Assembly (NCBI RefSeq): GCF_036321535.1
Contig: NC_087436.1
Location: forward strand, 13,330,001-13,394,000
Reading direction: 5' to 3'
DNA from: Camelus dromedarius
Taxonomy: Eukaryota
Length of the DNA: 64,000 nt
A program made the position numbers and the translations under genes. The notes beneath the pieces were generated by a model. It was not told the origin of the DNA. It searched no databases and worked only from the letters and a program-made list of their open reading frames with translations. Of the stretch, positions 25,551 to 39,600 are shown one piece after another. Within the stretch, counting starts at the first letter, position 1. Each line of letters opens with the position of its first letter.

Positions 25551-27797
25551 GAGGCTGGGTAATGCCTCTTTTGTGGTACAGTGTTGCCTTAATTAAATGG
25601 ATCTTTAATGCACCGGGTCAGACTAGATGTTCTGCTTACACTGTCTCATTCAGCCCTTTGGTGTTCTTGTGAATGTGACCCTTAGTGGTCCACCTCACTG
25701 GGGTTCTGGCCAGCTCCCTGTCTGGCATCCCCATCTCCTAACTTACTAGGCTAGCCCTCCCAGGCTCAGCTCACATTTCTCCTCCCCCATGAAGCTTTTC
25801 CCAGGTCTCCTGCCCTTGAATCATCTCTCGTCTGAAGCCCCACAAGTCGTACCCACCTCGGTCCTGATTTACACCCCATCCTTTTAGCCTCCTCTTGATC
25901 TGCACATCCTGACTCCCAGCTAAAATGAAGGCTTTGTCAGCTCAGCAACAAGTGTCTTCAATAAATATTCATTTTTATCAGATTTTTAGAAATTTAAGAA
26001 ATACAAAAATACAAAGAATAATAGTCATATCACTCAGATTCAAAAACCGTCCCCATTTCTGCTTCCAGACTCTCACCACCACCCGATCCCTTATCCCACT
26101 CCTTGGACCAAGAGGATGCACTCTTGGGAGGCTGTGTCTTTTACAAACATTCATATATTGCAAAAACGCTCTATGGTATTTTATGAATGAATACTTATGT
26201 TTCAAATGGGGAGAATTATATTCTGAATCTTGCTATTCTGATTATTCTAATTATGTTCTGAATCTTGCTATTTCCACTCAACATGATGGGTTTTCCATGA
26301 GGTTGATGTTTCCGTAATGTTCCCCTACTGATTAACTGCATTCCTAACACACCTACTGAGCACCCAAAAATGTTATGGACAACAGTGACAATAGTGAAAG
26401 GCACACTGAGCAAGAGGGTAGCTAGAAATTCCCTTCTAACTTTTTCATGAACTTAAAAGCTGAGAGCTAAATATATACTTTATACAGCCCATATTCTCAA
26501 CTTGCAAACTGCGTGATCCAAGGTGATTTACGTACCTGATCTACGTCTCAGTTTTCTGCTCTTTGGAAGATACTTCAGTATCCAGAAACTACTTCACATA
26601 GTGAGAAGGAAGGTGGTTGATGCCTTGCAAGTTCTTAGACCCATGACTTGCACGTAGTAAACACTCAAAACATTGTTATATTTAATAGTGATCGTAATAA
26701 ATATGACTATGATGACACACCAATGATGTTAGCTAGAGAGATTTGAACGATACAGATTTTGAACCTTAGAAAAGTAGAGAAAAGACCGTTACGAAGTTTA
26801 TCTCATTATAAATAGTAATTAATTCTATCATTGATATTTGCCCACAAAGCTCAACTCTTAAAAGCCTAGACATTTTGCCTTTTTCGCCCAGTTAGCTCTA
26901 GGCCTGTGGCCAATCGGTTGTCAATCATTTTAACCTCTTAACCTAACACCACAGAACAGAATACTCTCAGAGAAATCTGAAAAGAATTTGTTGGCTGCCT
27001 TTTGACTGCTGTCTCTTAGCGTGCATGCTACAGAATCCTTGGTTGGTAAGAAGAAATCCCTTCTAAAGCCACTGTGACAAAGTTATTTTAGTGTTTCAGT
27101 AGTTTTTCTTTCTTTAAGCCAGGTTTAAAAAAAAAAAAAAGCTGTTACCCTTACACTCTCTCTATTTATTTACTTTGGCCTTGGTGAAGTAGACCACAGC
27201 TAAAACTTTATGGACCTAATAAAATTCCCAACATTCTCAGACGCGGGTCGTGATGTTTGTGTGCTGGGCAGAAAACAAAGGTGCACTTGTGAGAAGAATG
27301 GACACGTTCAGAGATAAGTGAACCGAGGTCAGGCGGCCACAGTCACACTGGGTCACGGGTAACATAACATCTCAGACGTGCCCCTCACTTTCCATCAGAC
27401 TCCCTCTCCTCTGTCTTCTTTGCCCCACCAGTGACACGGTGCCTGGTGCTGTTCCTCAATTACAGGACCTCCCATCGTGTCATTGCCAAGTTCATATCCT
27501 GCCCACAATGAACTGGGTCTAGAACTTTCCATCCTACCCTCACACTCGTGCCTTCAAAATCTCTCTGCCCTGTGCTTCCTTCCCTCACAGCTTGGCTTTC
27601 TTTCTCAGCAGGTGACAGTTGGTTAACCTAATAAAGTATGTTAATTTGTTACCTCGACCTTGTAGGGAATGCCTTTCAGCAGTTTTCTGGGGCCCATATC
27701 TCAGTCCGCAGCAGTGGTTCTGTTGTTGAAGAAGTGGGTAGAGTTCATGGCACTTCTGAAATTATGCCACACCAGTGGCTGCCTCATTTGCCCACTG

Positions 27798-28204
27798 CTG
27801 TGGCCTGAAAGCTTATGTCCTTAGAAAATGCATATGTTGAGGCCCTATCCCCCAAGGTGATGGTGTTTGGAGGTGGGGTCTTTGGGAGGTAATTAGGGTT
27901 AGATGAGGTCATGAGGGTGGGGCTCTCATGATGGGACTAGTGCCCTTATAAAGAGAAGAAGCACTAATCTCTTTCTACTCAGAGAGAAGGTGCTGGAAAG
28001 GCAGGGCAGGGGAGAGACAGAGACAGAATGATCCCAAGGAAGGCCTTGTGAGGACACAATAAGGAAGAGGGCTCTCACCAGACCCCAAACACGTTGGCAC
28101 CGCCATCTTGGACTTTCAGCCTCCAGAACTGAGTGAAGTACGTGTCTGTTGTTTAAGGCACCCTGCCTAAGGTATCGTGTCACAGCAGCCAGAACTAAGG
28201 ACAC
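27798..28204 (+). mobile_element. MaLR LTR (MLT1A/B-like)
   Basis: 'aaggtgatggtgtttggaggtggggtctttgggaggtaattagggttagatgaggtcatgagggtgggg...ttggactttcagcctccagaactg...aactaaggaca'. Confidence 0.9.
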
Positions 28205-28599
28205 GTACCCCCTGCACTGGCCCCCAAGGCTCATGCAATGTGCAATGCTACACTGCCTTGCAGCTGGGCGCAGCTTATCAGGCAGCATCATTCACCTCGT
28301 ACTTTCTGTGCTTTATCATTTTTTGATAAATTCTTCAGCTTGTATCTCTCTTGATCTTCACAACACCTCTGTTTTGCTAGGTAAGCAAACCTGTCCACAG
28401 ATTGGTTTTCTCTTTCCTGTACCAAACAGAGGTTCTCTTACCAAAGGGGTTGGGTGAAACTGGTTACTTAGAAGACTGCATTTTATCAGGTAAATCACAC
28501 AAAACCTCCTTTTGGTATTTAATGTGGTAAAGAAATAGGTGGTTCTTATTCCCTTGTAAGGGATTAATGACTTTAGTTCTTTAGGTAAGAATTACTGTT

Positions 28600-28897
28600 C
28601 CTGACTCACATAGAGAGCAAACTTATGGTTTACCAGAGGGCAAAGGGGGAGGGAAGGGATAAACTGGGAGTGGGATTTGCAGATATACACTACTATATAT
28701 AAAATAGATGAACAGCAAGGTCCTATCGTATAGCCCAGGGAACTATATCCAATATCTTGTAATAACTTATAAAGAAAAAAATGTGAAAATGAATATATGT
28801 ATGTTCATGTATGACTGAAACAGTATGCTGTACACCAGAAATTGACACAACGTTGTAAACTGACTATACTGCAATAAAAATCAAAACAAAACCAAAA
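28600..28897 (+). mobile_element. 5'-truncated lineage-specific L1 3' end
   Basis: L1 3' UTR text with AATAAA and A-rich tail; perfect 13-bp TSD aagaattactgtt at 28587-28599 and 28898-28910. Confidence 0.92.
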
Positions 28898-29375
28898 AAG
28901 AATTACTGTTTCTGAAAGAAAGTATAAATCCTCAGACTGTCAGTGCAAATGGCCTTTCCATCTTTTAAGATCTGGAAACTCAGTGGTAATATATTCTAAG
29001 ATTAATTATGCCTAAAGCAAATTAGCACTGCTGTCAATCTTCAGATAAGATTAGGGCTGGAGTTTTATTGATTTTTTTTTTTTTTGCTCCAGAAAATTTA
29101 TTTCATCTATGCACTTTCTATTATGAATGATGTTTAAAAAAAAAAAACTACTTTTAGCATTAACATCTTGCCATATTTCTTGTCCCCATATTTACTCTCT
29201 TGCTTCTTATGTCTGCACAAGTTTTCAATTTAGATTATATTTCCCACAGATGTTACATCTTTTAGAGTGTTTGCTTTGCCTTCATTAAAAAGGATGTGTA
29301 ATACATTTCACTATTTTGAAAGAATATAGCCTAAATGAAGATGTTCAGAAATTCTAAATTATTGCTTCTTCACTC

Positions 29376-29425
29376 TGTGTGCGTGTGTGTGTGTGCACGC
29401 GTGCGTGTGTGTGTGTGTGTGTGTG
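29376..29425. repeat. (TG)n microsatellite
   Basis: Directly visible. Confidence 0.9.
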
Positions 29426-30339
29426 AAACGTGCACAGTTTCTGGGAATAGGAGCATTCTAGGGAAGAAAGCCTGTGTTTCACAAACATCAAGGGAAAATA
29501 AGACTGTCTTCCACTTGTCCCTAAACGGGTACTATAGAAAAGCATTTAAAACCCAGTACAAACTTCCACTGCAGGGCACTGCGAATATTCAAAACCATAT
29601 ATATGTTAAGCAGAATGTTTATATTTTCTGAAGCTTTCCCTTGATGCTCAGCATAAGCATTAGCCCATGATGCTAACGAACCACTCTCTGGGGATTTTAA
29701 GTATGTAAAAATCTGCATTTAGCAATATTAAGACAAGTTTTACTGTAATTCTTTTTAACAGGCTGGTAGCGCTTGAACAAAACTGTGGCTGCTTAGAAAA
29801 ATTTTTCCTTTCGAAGTCAAATTACCAGTGCCCTCCATCCCTTCCCTTCTCTCTCTTTTCCTAAAGGGGAAAGCTTTCAGTTATTAGCACTCCTTTTAGA
29901 TTTAAATCTATGTTATCTCTCTGGAGTAACTGAGATTTTTAAACATCCCTAAAATATGGAATGACCTCGGTTCCCATTAATGGAATCCTAGACATCAGTA
30001 AGCAAGGATGAGGGCGGCTGGGGGAGGCAGGAAAAGTGCACTTTCCCTTGGCTCCTGAGATCACCTGTTTTGCTTGTTTATTTCCCAGCAAGGCTGACCT
30101 TGTTAACTGTAACACAAACACTGCAAAGCATGAAACGACAACAGACTCTCCGTAGCATTTGGAGGCTATAAACATCTCTGAGTCTATGAAATTGGCACAC
30201 AGTTATTCTTGGCTTCTCACGTCCCTTGAGCACGGAGGCCATTGTTCATGCATTATGGGGTATTTTATCCTGATTTTCTTGCTTTGGTCTAGATGATATC
30301 TAAGAATCATAAAATTCTGCAGTTTTACTCATCTTAGGA

Positions 30340-30413
30340 CCTCCAGAGTTTAGCACGGTGACAAGTTGGCACCCAATAAATATTGAATGCTTGACTGAAT
30401 GAATGAATGAATG
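30340..30413 (+). mobile_element. L2 3' tail
   Basis: 'ggcacccaataaatattgaatgcttgactgaatgaatgaatgaatg'. Confidence 0.7.
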
Positions 30414-30676
30414 TCCATAATTGAGAGTAAGCTGAGATTGCAGTTCCAGTAGACAGTTGGAGCAGGATTAATGAACTGGTACAAATACCTGAAAGAACAC
30501 TTCCAAGGCTGATGTAATAAGACGTGACAGCCCGTTATCCAATGTAGGATGGTGAGTCAGCCTCAGTCAACGAACATTCCTTGGAAATGGCATTAAGAGA
30601 TTGAATTTCCTAAGCAAAATGTTGATGCAGCTTCTGAGCAAGGAGTGTCTATCCTACTAGAAGAATAAGACTTGAT

Positions 30677-30770
30677 GGGAGGGTATAGCTCAGAGAGAGA
30701 GCAAGTGCTTAGCACACACGAGGTTCTGGGTTCAAACCCCAGTGCCTCCATTAAAAAATAAAGAGAGAAG
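30677..30770 (+). mobile_element. Vic-1-like tRNA-derived SINE (short form)
   Basis: 'gggagggtatagctcag...gtgcttagcacacacgaggttctgggttcaaaccccagtgcctccattaaaaaataaa'; flanking direct repeat agaataagac at 30662-30671 and 30771-30780. Confidence 0.88.
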
Positions 30771-32809
30771 AGAATAAGACAGAGAAACTGGTCATCAGGA
30801 AAGACTGTGTGGAGATTTTCTGTCTTGCACAGGAAGGCTCCAATTAATCACCAACTCAGCTCATCCAGCATTTCAGAAGATTACATTCTAGGGATTTGTA
30901 ACTCATATATAAACTTGTTATACTACATCCTTGGTCTAAGGTCAGCCTATCTCCTAAATAGATGAGAGGAAATTCTTCTTTCCCCTAAATTCCTCCTATC
31001 TGGATTGGTTAATAGCAAACAAAGATTTTCATTCCACTGTGAGAGCTAAGTCTTAAAATAGATCTTAACAAAACAAAACAAAAATAAATGTCTCACATTA
31101 GATTCTTTCCTGAGATTCCAGAGATTGAGCAAGAAAGAGAGGACCTGAGGTCTGGGAGTTGAGAAAGGAAATGTTAAAAGGAAGCTGAAAGAGATGAAAA
31201 GGCAAGAGAACTAGAGTGCCAAGAAGGGGGCTGTTGACCCTTGAGTGAGCCAAGGAGGCTACATGGCCAGGACACCTCAACATCTGAGCACTGCAGCCAG
31301 GGGACTGGACAAGAGCCACCAACCAGAGACTCAGCGAGAGCTTCATGGTCCATGTCTGCATCAACACCCCAACCCTAGTGCTGCCTGCGCCCATGCCTCT
31401 CCCTACTTCAGGCCAACAAGAAGCTAAGAAGGTAATGTGAGAGATCCTCTTCATGAGATCTCAGGGGACCTAAATTCCTCTCCTGTTGGATCCCCTTCCA
31501 CCCACGTCCCGCTTCCGCAGTCAGGCTCCAAGGTGTGGGATCAGAGCCGCTGTCCAGAGCTGAGCACCATCTCCAGAGATCACAACCCCACTTGCAGGTC
31601 AGGGAGATGGTCTTACCACAGGCTTCCCTGCCCCCTCATGGGCTTTCATTTGTCCACAAGTGAAGCAAAAAATGGAAGGTCAATGATGATTCCCAAAGCA
31701 GAGAGGGAGACGTGTTTTTCAAAGGAGTTTGATGGTTGGCTTGATTTGAGAAAAACCTGCTCCTGATTAGTTTATCTTGAAATTCTTAAATTTAAATGGA
31801 GCATTGATGGATTGGAGATAGAGAGCAGATTTGTTTAGTTATATCCCATGACCAAATTATTCTACTAAATTAAAAATTAATATTTTTACCAAGAAAAGGT
31901 TCAAACATTTATAGTACCATTTTCCCCTTGAGATAAATGTTTTTGTGTATTCAAGTGATCTTGTTAATCATATGTAGGTGAATGTTTATGTGCAAATATT
32001 ATTACAGTCATTCAAACATTGCCTTCAAATATTTTAAAGCATTGATACTCTGCCTTTAACCAAATACACATTAACAGAGCCATAATGAAACATGACTTAC
32101 AAAAAATTTTCTAATCACACAATTGCATATAGATAAAATTTTGAGATAACAAAATTTTGACTTCTACAGAAATGTTATCATCTTTCAATTTTGTTTTTAC
32201 CTCTGTTCTGGGTGACAAGACACGGGAACCCCCTAATTTACTTCCCTTTGGTTTTTCCATGGACTCTGTAACAATGCATACTCTCCAGACGTCCCCCCAT
32301 CTCTCATTCCTCACTGTAGTTTTCTCCAAATGAACACAGCACTATCTGAAATCTTCCCGCCTGAAAAAGTGTATCACAATTTAAATAGAAAGGGGAGGAG
32401 AGTGGGAAGTACCCACAAACAGATGCTGTGCCATTAGGTGTCTCCATAAGATGGAAATCAGAATCTTCCCCTTAATTTTTGTGGTGATGAACAAAATCTT
32501 CATTTACACTCTCACGGAGCACCCTGAACTATGGCTGGCTTGCATATTTTACAGAACTGTTTAATGTGCTATTGGTTGCATGTTATTTCATGTTTTGGTC
32601 AAGTAGAATAAATATTTTCCCTGGGAAATCAGGACATTCAATAGGCAATTGGGAAGACCCATCCCTCCTCATATATCTTTTTTTTTTTCTTATTGCTGCG
32701 CGTGTATGTTTGCTCATTCCTCTAGGACACATTCTGTTTCCCATTTGCAGTTGAAGTATTTCTTGAGTCTTTCTTGGATTCCTAACCCAATTCTTACACA
32801 GAGAAGAAG

Positions 32810-33420
32810 GGGGAAAAAAATGAGGAAAAAAGAATAGAGCTCCTGGGATCTGTTAAATAACATCAAGTTGTAGAACACACATGCAACTAGAGTCCCAGAA
32901 AGAAGAGAAAGAAAAAGTGGGGAGAAATTATTTGAAGAAGTCATGACCAAACATTTGCCAAATTTGATGAGATACATAAACGTAGAGACTCAGCTTGCTC
33001 TATGAACACCAAGAAGGATAGCCACACATCCGAGTCAGAATCAGAAGCCAAGTATAATGAGTACGTCTGGAAAGCAGAAAAAGAAAAAAGAAAACTGACA
33101 CATTTTATACAGGGGAACAGCAGTTCGGTTGTTGGCTGACTTCTCATCAGAAACTATGGAGGCCAGAAGAGAATAGAACAACATTTTCTAAGTGATGACA
33201 GAAAAAAAAGTCATCAGTACAGAATTCAATATCCGGCAAAAATATCCTTCAATAACAAAGGCAAAATAATCATATTTTCAGTTTAAAAAAAATTGAATTT
33301 GTCACTAGAAAACTCATACCAAATGGAATTCTCAAGAAAATTGCTAGTGGAAAAAATACCAAACAGAATTTAAATTCTCAGAAAGGATTAAAGAGCAACA
33401 GAAATTAGGGCAAAATATTT
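32810..33420 (+). mobile_element. Old L1 ORF1 remnant
   Basis: 'agagtcccagaaagaagag...aaattatttgaagaagtcatgacc', 'gctgacttctcatcagaaactatggaggccagaagag', 'agaattcaatatccggcaaaaatatccttc'. Confidence 0.8.
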
Positions 33421-33666
33421 AAATCAAAATACTATAATGAACATCCACCTCGGGCTATGATAGGGAAGCTAGTATCAAATCAACATTTCACACCCAAAAT
33501 ACAAAACTAAAATGCACAAACAACTACCAAAAACAAACAAAAACCTTAAGAAAGGAAACACTGCCCTCCAGGCATTTTGAAGTAATGACTAGAAAAACAA
33601 GAGAGAACCTGAGCAGAGATTTCAGAACTCTCCCTGAGCTAGAGGGACAAAACTGGAGCTCAAGGT

Positions 33667-34113
33667 TGTACCCGATTGAATAAGTGGCCCTAAAAATTCA
33701 CATCCACCTGGAACCTCAGAATGTAAACTTATTTGGAAATAGAGTCTTCGCAGATATAATCGGTTATGATGAGGTCATCCTGGAGTAGGGTGGTTCCTGA
33801 ATTCAATACAGCTGGTGTCCTTATAAGAAAAGAGAAGAGATGTGAAGACACACACACATGGAAGTGGACCGTGTGACAACGGAGGCAGAGACTGGAGGGA
33901 CGCAGCTACAGGTCAAAGGACACGGAGGACTGCTGAGATGACCGGGAGCTAGGAAGAGGCAAAGACTTCTTCCCAGAGACTTCAGAGGGAGCACAGCTCT
34001 GCTGACACCTGGATTTTGAACTTCTGCCCTCCAGAACTGCAAGGGAATCCATTTCTGTTGTTTTAAGCCAACTCTGTGGTCATTTTTAATGGCAACTTTA
34101 GGAAACTAACACA
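33667..34113 (+). mobile_element. MaLR LTR (MLT1C/D-like)
   Basis: 'ggaacctcagaatgtaaacttatttggaaatagagtcttcgcagatataat...ctgctgacacctggattttgaacttctgccctccagaactg...taggaaactaacaca'. Confidence 0.9.
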
Positions 34114-34210
34114 AAGGCCAACCAAGGAGAAAGAGTCTAAAAATGAGGATGAGTCATACACTGACCAGACATCTCAAAGACTAAAACCCAGTTTCAAATC
34201 AGCTTAATCT

Positions 34211-34596
34211 TTTTTTTTTTTTGAATTGAGTTATAGTCAGTTTACAATGTTGTGTCAGTTTCCAGTGTACAGCACAATCTTTCAGTTATAAGTGAATATA
34301 CATATATTCATTTTCATATTCTTTTTCACCGTGAGCTACTACAAGATCTTGAATATATTTCCCTGTGCTATACAGTATAAACTTGTTTATCTAATCTATA
34401 TATAACTGTCAGTGTCTATAAATCTCAAACTCTCAGTCTGTCCCTTCCTACCCTCCTCCCTCCTGGCAAATACAAGTTTATATTCTGTGTCTGTGCTGTG
34501 AGTCTGTTTCTGTTTTATATTTAAGTTCATTTGTCTTCTTTTTTTTTTTTTCAGATTCCACATATGAGTGATATATGCTATTTTCCTTTCTCTTTC
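34211..34596 (-). mobile_element. 5'-truncated lineage-specific L1 3' end
   Basis: Poly-T then reverse L1 3' UTR; 16-bp TSD caaatcagctta(a/c)tct at 34195-34210 and 34597-34612. Confidence 0.92.
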
Positions 34597-35549
34597 CAAA
34601 TCAGCTTACTCTTGAATGGAATTAATATGAGTTACCTGTAACCAAAATGCTTGACAAAAGCAAAAGGAAACCCTCTCTGAAGTTACATGTAACATCCAGA
34701 GCTGCAGATTATTCAAATGATCTCAGCAATTACCATGCACATCGCCTATGGTGCAGTTTAAAAGAATCAAACATGCTACAGCACAATGTCTAGGGCTCAG
34801 CCTCCTTCAGAAGGGTTTGTACCACTGGTCCTGGGCTCTCAACATCACTTCACTGCCCTTGTCTGTCACACCATTCTGGAAGTCGTATTTTGCTACAGCT
34901 TTCTAAGAATTGCTACCTTGGGGCTCCCAGGGCATGTGCTGTACCTTCCTCCCTGCCTCCCCTGGACACCTGCCCTGTTCCATCTCCTTCTCTCAGGGTG
35001 GAGCCCTCCCCTCTTGTTCTGAGAGAAAGTCTACTTGCCCCCTCAGAGAACTTCCGCCCTTCCAGCCCTTTGGATGCTCTGGTGTTATGTGCAAAACTGA
35101 CATTAGGCTTCGTGTTCACTTCTTGTGAAAACCTGAAACTTTCTTGTTTCCTTTGTGGCTTATCTATGCTTAAATCTATTTTGAGTTTTTGTTTGTTTAG
35201 TTCTCCTATTGTTTGCATATTTCCTAGGAGAAAAGATTTAAACTAAACCTCCACAACATGCCTACTGAAACTTGAACCCTCCAAAACACAACATTATATA
35301 TTTATTATGATCTCTGCTAGTATGTATATAAATTATAGAAAAAAAGGATAAAGATATATACAACAGAATCCTAAGAAATAATGATTGGAAAGTGATGCAT
35401 TGCAGTTGATTTTATTCCTTATTCTCTGTATTTTTTTAATCTTCCCTCTATAATACATATGTATTAATTTATAGTCATAAAAATGAAGTTGTATCCATAT
35501 TCATATTAAACAATTACTCATAAATAAAATAAAAGTTTAAAAAACAAAA

Positions 35550-36640
35550 ACGTATTAATAGGAAAGTATTGTGCTCAGCACTTAGAGGACACAAAGATGT
35601 ATAAGAGTCCCTGCCATGAAAGATCTTGGACTCTGGTAAATGAAAGTAAGATAAATAAACAATCGTTGTAACACAAAGAAAGTGTCGGCAGGCGCTCAGC
35701 ATCAAACTATGTGCTAGGAGATTTGGGAGCAGGGGCCACACGTTCAATTGGGAGGATGAGGAAGAGTTTGTATTGGGAAGGTCCTGGTAGATTTCAGCCT
35801 TAAAAGGTAGAGAGAGGGAGGAAGGAAGTGGAGAAACACTCTAGGGTTGGATCTAGATTAGCCCAGGCACGGAGCTAGGAAAGCCCAGAATGTGCTAGGT
35901 GACAAGTGATGGTCCAGCTTGACTCCAGGTGGAGCTAATGTAGGGAGACGAGGCTGCAAAGAGGGATGGATGCTGGCGCAGTCCCAGGGCACCAGGCGGG
36001 CTGGTCTCAGTGTCAGCAGTAGGGAGTCCTTGATGTCTTTTTTAGCAGAAATACACATTGACAGTGCTACACTTCAGGAAAATTAATCCAGGTTGGTGAA
36101 CAGTAAGACTGTTGAGGACCCTAGAGCAATAATTCAGACAAGGGGTAAGAATGATGACAGTGAAAATGAAAGGAGTGGGTATTGACTCACTAAATAACTA
36201 TTTATTAAGCATCAGTTTTGTTCCAGGCCTTACGCTACGTCTACAGTGGTGAATGAAACAGACGTAATTGCTGCTTGCTCCGTAATGGAAAGTAGACAAG
36301 TACATAATTACAAAAAAGGATATCAGAAATAACATACCTGCCGTATTAGAGAATAAAGAGTTAGGAGGGGGAGATGTAGTCAGGGAAAGGCATCTTTGAA
36401 GGGGTGACATTTCAGCTGAGACGTAAAGATGAGAAAAGTTAGCACTGCAAAGGATGGGAGAAGAAACTCCCAGGCAGAGGAACCAGGACAGAAAAGCCCC
36501 AAAGAAGGAGAACGCTTAGATTATTTGAAAAGCTAAAAGGAGGCCAACATATGTGTTGGTGGAGGTGTGGGATGAGGATGGGCTGGTAAGGAGATACCCG
36601 GGCATACAGGGTCTTGTAGGTCAAACTAGGGATTATGAGG
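35550..36640 (-). mobile_element. L2 fragments (two or more)
   Basis: Antisense L2 text, e.g. 'actaaataactatttattaagcatcagttttgttccaggc', 'gggtgacatttcagctgagacgtaaagatgag'. Confidence 0.6.
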
Positions 36641-39600
36641 TGATCCTCTAAGAAAACACCTAGGCTGAATCGAACGGCAGGCGCACCAGAAGCACAGATG
36701 AATGAAGGAGTGATTAGAAAACAATGGCGTAACTTTAGATTCGCCATGATGGAATTGGAAGGGCAAGAGCTTTTTGCAGGGCAATTCCAGTGAAAATAAA
36801 GAGAAGAGGAAGCGAGAGCGTCGGGGAAAGCCTTCCAGCATGGCATAGGTCTGACACCTGTGAGAGGAGAAGGGGAGTGAAGGATGAGGAGGGACAGCTC
36901 GAGAGGGCAGTGTATCGCTGAGAAAGTCTGGGGTAAGCTGGTAAAGCAGACCCCTGTCAGGCACATTTCAGGCACCAGGGTTCCTCCTGAGCTGAGCCCT
37001 TGGCTAGGGGCAGTCCGTGGGGAGCAGGGCTTCAGCATATACACTGTGGTGGGTCCTGAAGGTGCAGCAAATAGAAGTTGTCAGCTAACGCCACTCCTGG
37101 CAATAAATTCTCGTTCAAAGGGACATCTGAACAGGGCATCTCCATAGCTTTCACATACGGTAGATCTAAATAATTTATTTGGGAGACTTATAAAACCAGG
37201 TTTAACCGAAACATCGAATAACAATAGCAATAGTTATCCTGGAAGACAGGAAAAAGGAGATGGGTTAAAGCATTTTATGGTCCTACCTTCTTTCAGAAGG
37301 GGATAGAGACATGGATGAATGTTGGGTAACTGGAAGTATGCATGTTAAGATGTTAAAGGGTAACCACTGAAAAGAATATAAAGTGTAGGTATAACTTTTC
37401 ACATCAATAAAGGGACCTGAGGAATAGGGGAAATGGGATCACTCTAGAAGAAGGCAGGAAAAAGGAAAAGAATCAAAGGGGAAGTGAAGTAAGCAGAAAG
37501 CAAAACATCTCAGAGAAGCAGACAGAGAAGGGAGAGTGGGGAAACTGTAGGCACAATCACTTCCTGTCTGTCGCAGTGAAAAGGCAAGCCTTACCATCTA
37601 AGCTTGGGGACAGATCTACAGGGGGTGTGACTATTTTATAAAAGCAAGCAATAGAATGGCTATAAATAAAATAACAAAAAATCTGGAGGGAAGTATAATA
37701 AATAAGCTAATTCTTCTTCTTTCATAGTGAGGCATTAAGAGGTGATATCTAAAGCTAGCAAATCAGTTACTACAGATGTAAGTATTTAGAGCATCGTGGG
37801 TAAAGCGATTGAAGTTGCAGAGTTGAAAATTACAAGTGTTTCAAAGTAACTGAGCCTGAGGAAGCACTGGGGATGTGGGAGTGAAGGTACACAGTCCCAT
37901 TTACTTTTTGTGTCTATGTTTTAAAATGTTCAGCTGAGTGAATGCATCACCTTAAGGATAATATAATGCTCTGAGAATGGATGAGATCACTTATAAACTG
38001 TAGAGAATAACTGCCTCCCCCAAAATATTTTTTGCATCAGAACTTAACAACAAGCTAAGAGGATGTGAAGATGGAAATTTTGAAAGGAATATTTCTCTCA
38101 TAGCCACATGTATTTTTATAGCCTCATCATTTGGGCCATTCAAGTGCAGTAATGATATCACTAATTGGAGTTAGCATAAGAGGGCAGTAAACCAGGAAAG
38201 ATCAAACTGCTGAATGCTTGTATGTATAAGATGTTTCCAAAGATTCTAAGTAAATGGAGCTGCTGAGTTCTGTCCACGAGAGGCTGGGCAGAGGTGGAAG
38301 CATCAGCAGTGGAGCCCCAGAGGCACGACTCGCAGGGAGGAGCCAGGAGACGGTGGCGCCAGAGCAGCTGAAGGGTGAGAATCCTTCACAGAGAGGGGGT
38401 GCCCTCCGGCAGCTGTACTGAATCAGGCTGAGAGAAGGGCTAAGGTTGAAACCCAACAGTGTCTTTGGGTTTTAGCAGCCTGGGGATCACTGGTCACCTT
38501 GACAAAAGCCACTTCAGGAGAATGAAGTCTTGGGAAGTGATCAGGACATTAGGGAATAGAAATAAAGCGAGCAAACAGAGCAGGGAAAAGGATATGTTGG
38601 CCAACGGAATCAAAAACTTTTGGAAACCAGTGAATATTAGGAACAAAGAAAGAGAAGAATCCACAGATGACTCCCTGCCAAGTGAGCAAAGAATGAGAAG
38701 TACCAGAAAAGCAGGAGGAGTGGGTGTGGATTAACTTATGTCCTGCTCAGTCAATCACTTGATTCAGCTTCTGTCCATAGATCTGCTCCGTGAAGCATTC
38801 TTAGACCCACAGAATGCATAGGCACCTGGTCACAGACAGGGTCAGAGAGATGGAAGCCACCGAAAGTTGGTTAGATTTCTATTGTATTTGCCTTGACAGA
38901 GAGTTTGTTTAAAAGGTGCAGGATTCGCAGGCTTCATGCTGGCAGGATCATTCTATGCTCACAGCCTGTGGTTTTTCCTTTAGTTCTGAGACTCCAGAAA
39001 TTTTCAGAAGGAAGATTTAGAAATCTGCTTTGAATTACAGCACAGCTAGGCAATATTTTTCTTAGCCAGTGGGGTTTTTCTCTTTATTGGGCTTTGGAAC
39101 GCATTGGAAGAGAAGGACATTGGAACTTTGGAAGGGCAGGAGGTCCCTCAAGTTCCCCACTGCAAGTTTAATAACTTGAATATATTCTAGTTCAGCCATC
39201 TTCAATAGCTTGTATCCACTTTGATTGTTATTTTTATTTTCTGCAAAGCCGCTTTCCAAATTTTAAACTCCTCATAATAGCATGATCCTCAGAACAACAA
39301 ATTGGGAGCTTGTTACTGTCCGTGAGCCTTCATCATCTCCAGGTTCCAACATCCCTAGATGGGAACCACAGATTGACGGAAAGGTGTATTCCATGGAACA
39401 CAGAGATTTTGGGAAAGCTACTATGACCTCTTTCTTCAGTTATTTTAGAAGATATTTACTTGGGAGTACTAACTGAGTTCTAGTACCTTCTGTAAAATGG
39501 ATGGAAAGGTTTTTTAAAAATGAATGAATGAGCATAGGAGACCACCAATCAGTGATGTGAAAAAGGGCAGTGGGCCACTGAAAAAGACATGGGACAGGGA

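Noticed and set aside
36439..37044. 201-aa minus-strand ORF
   Set aside because: No recognisable protein; overlaps L2 and probable LTR-derived sequence.
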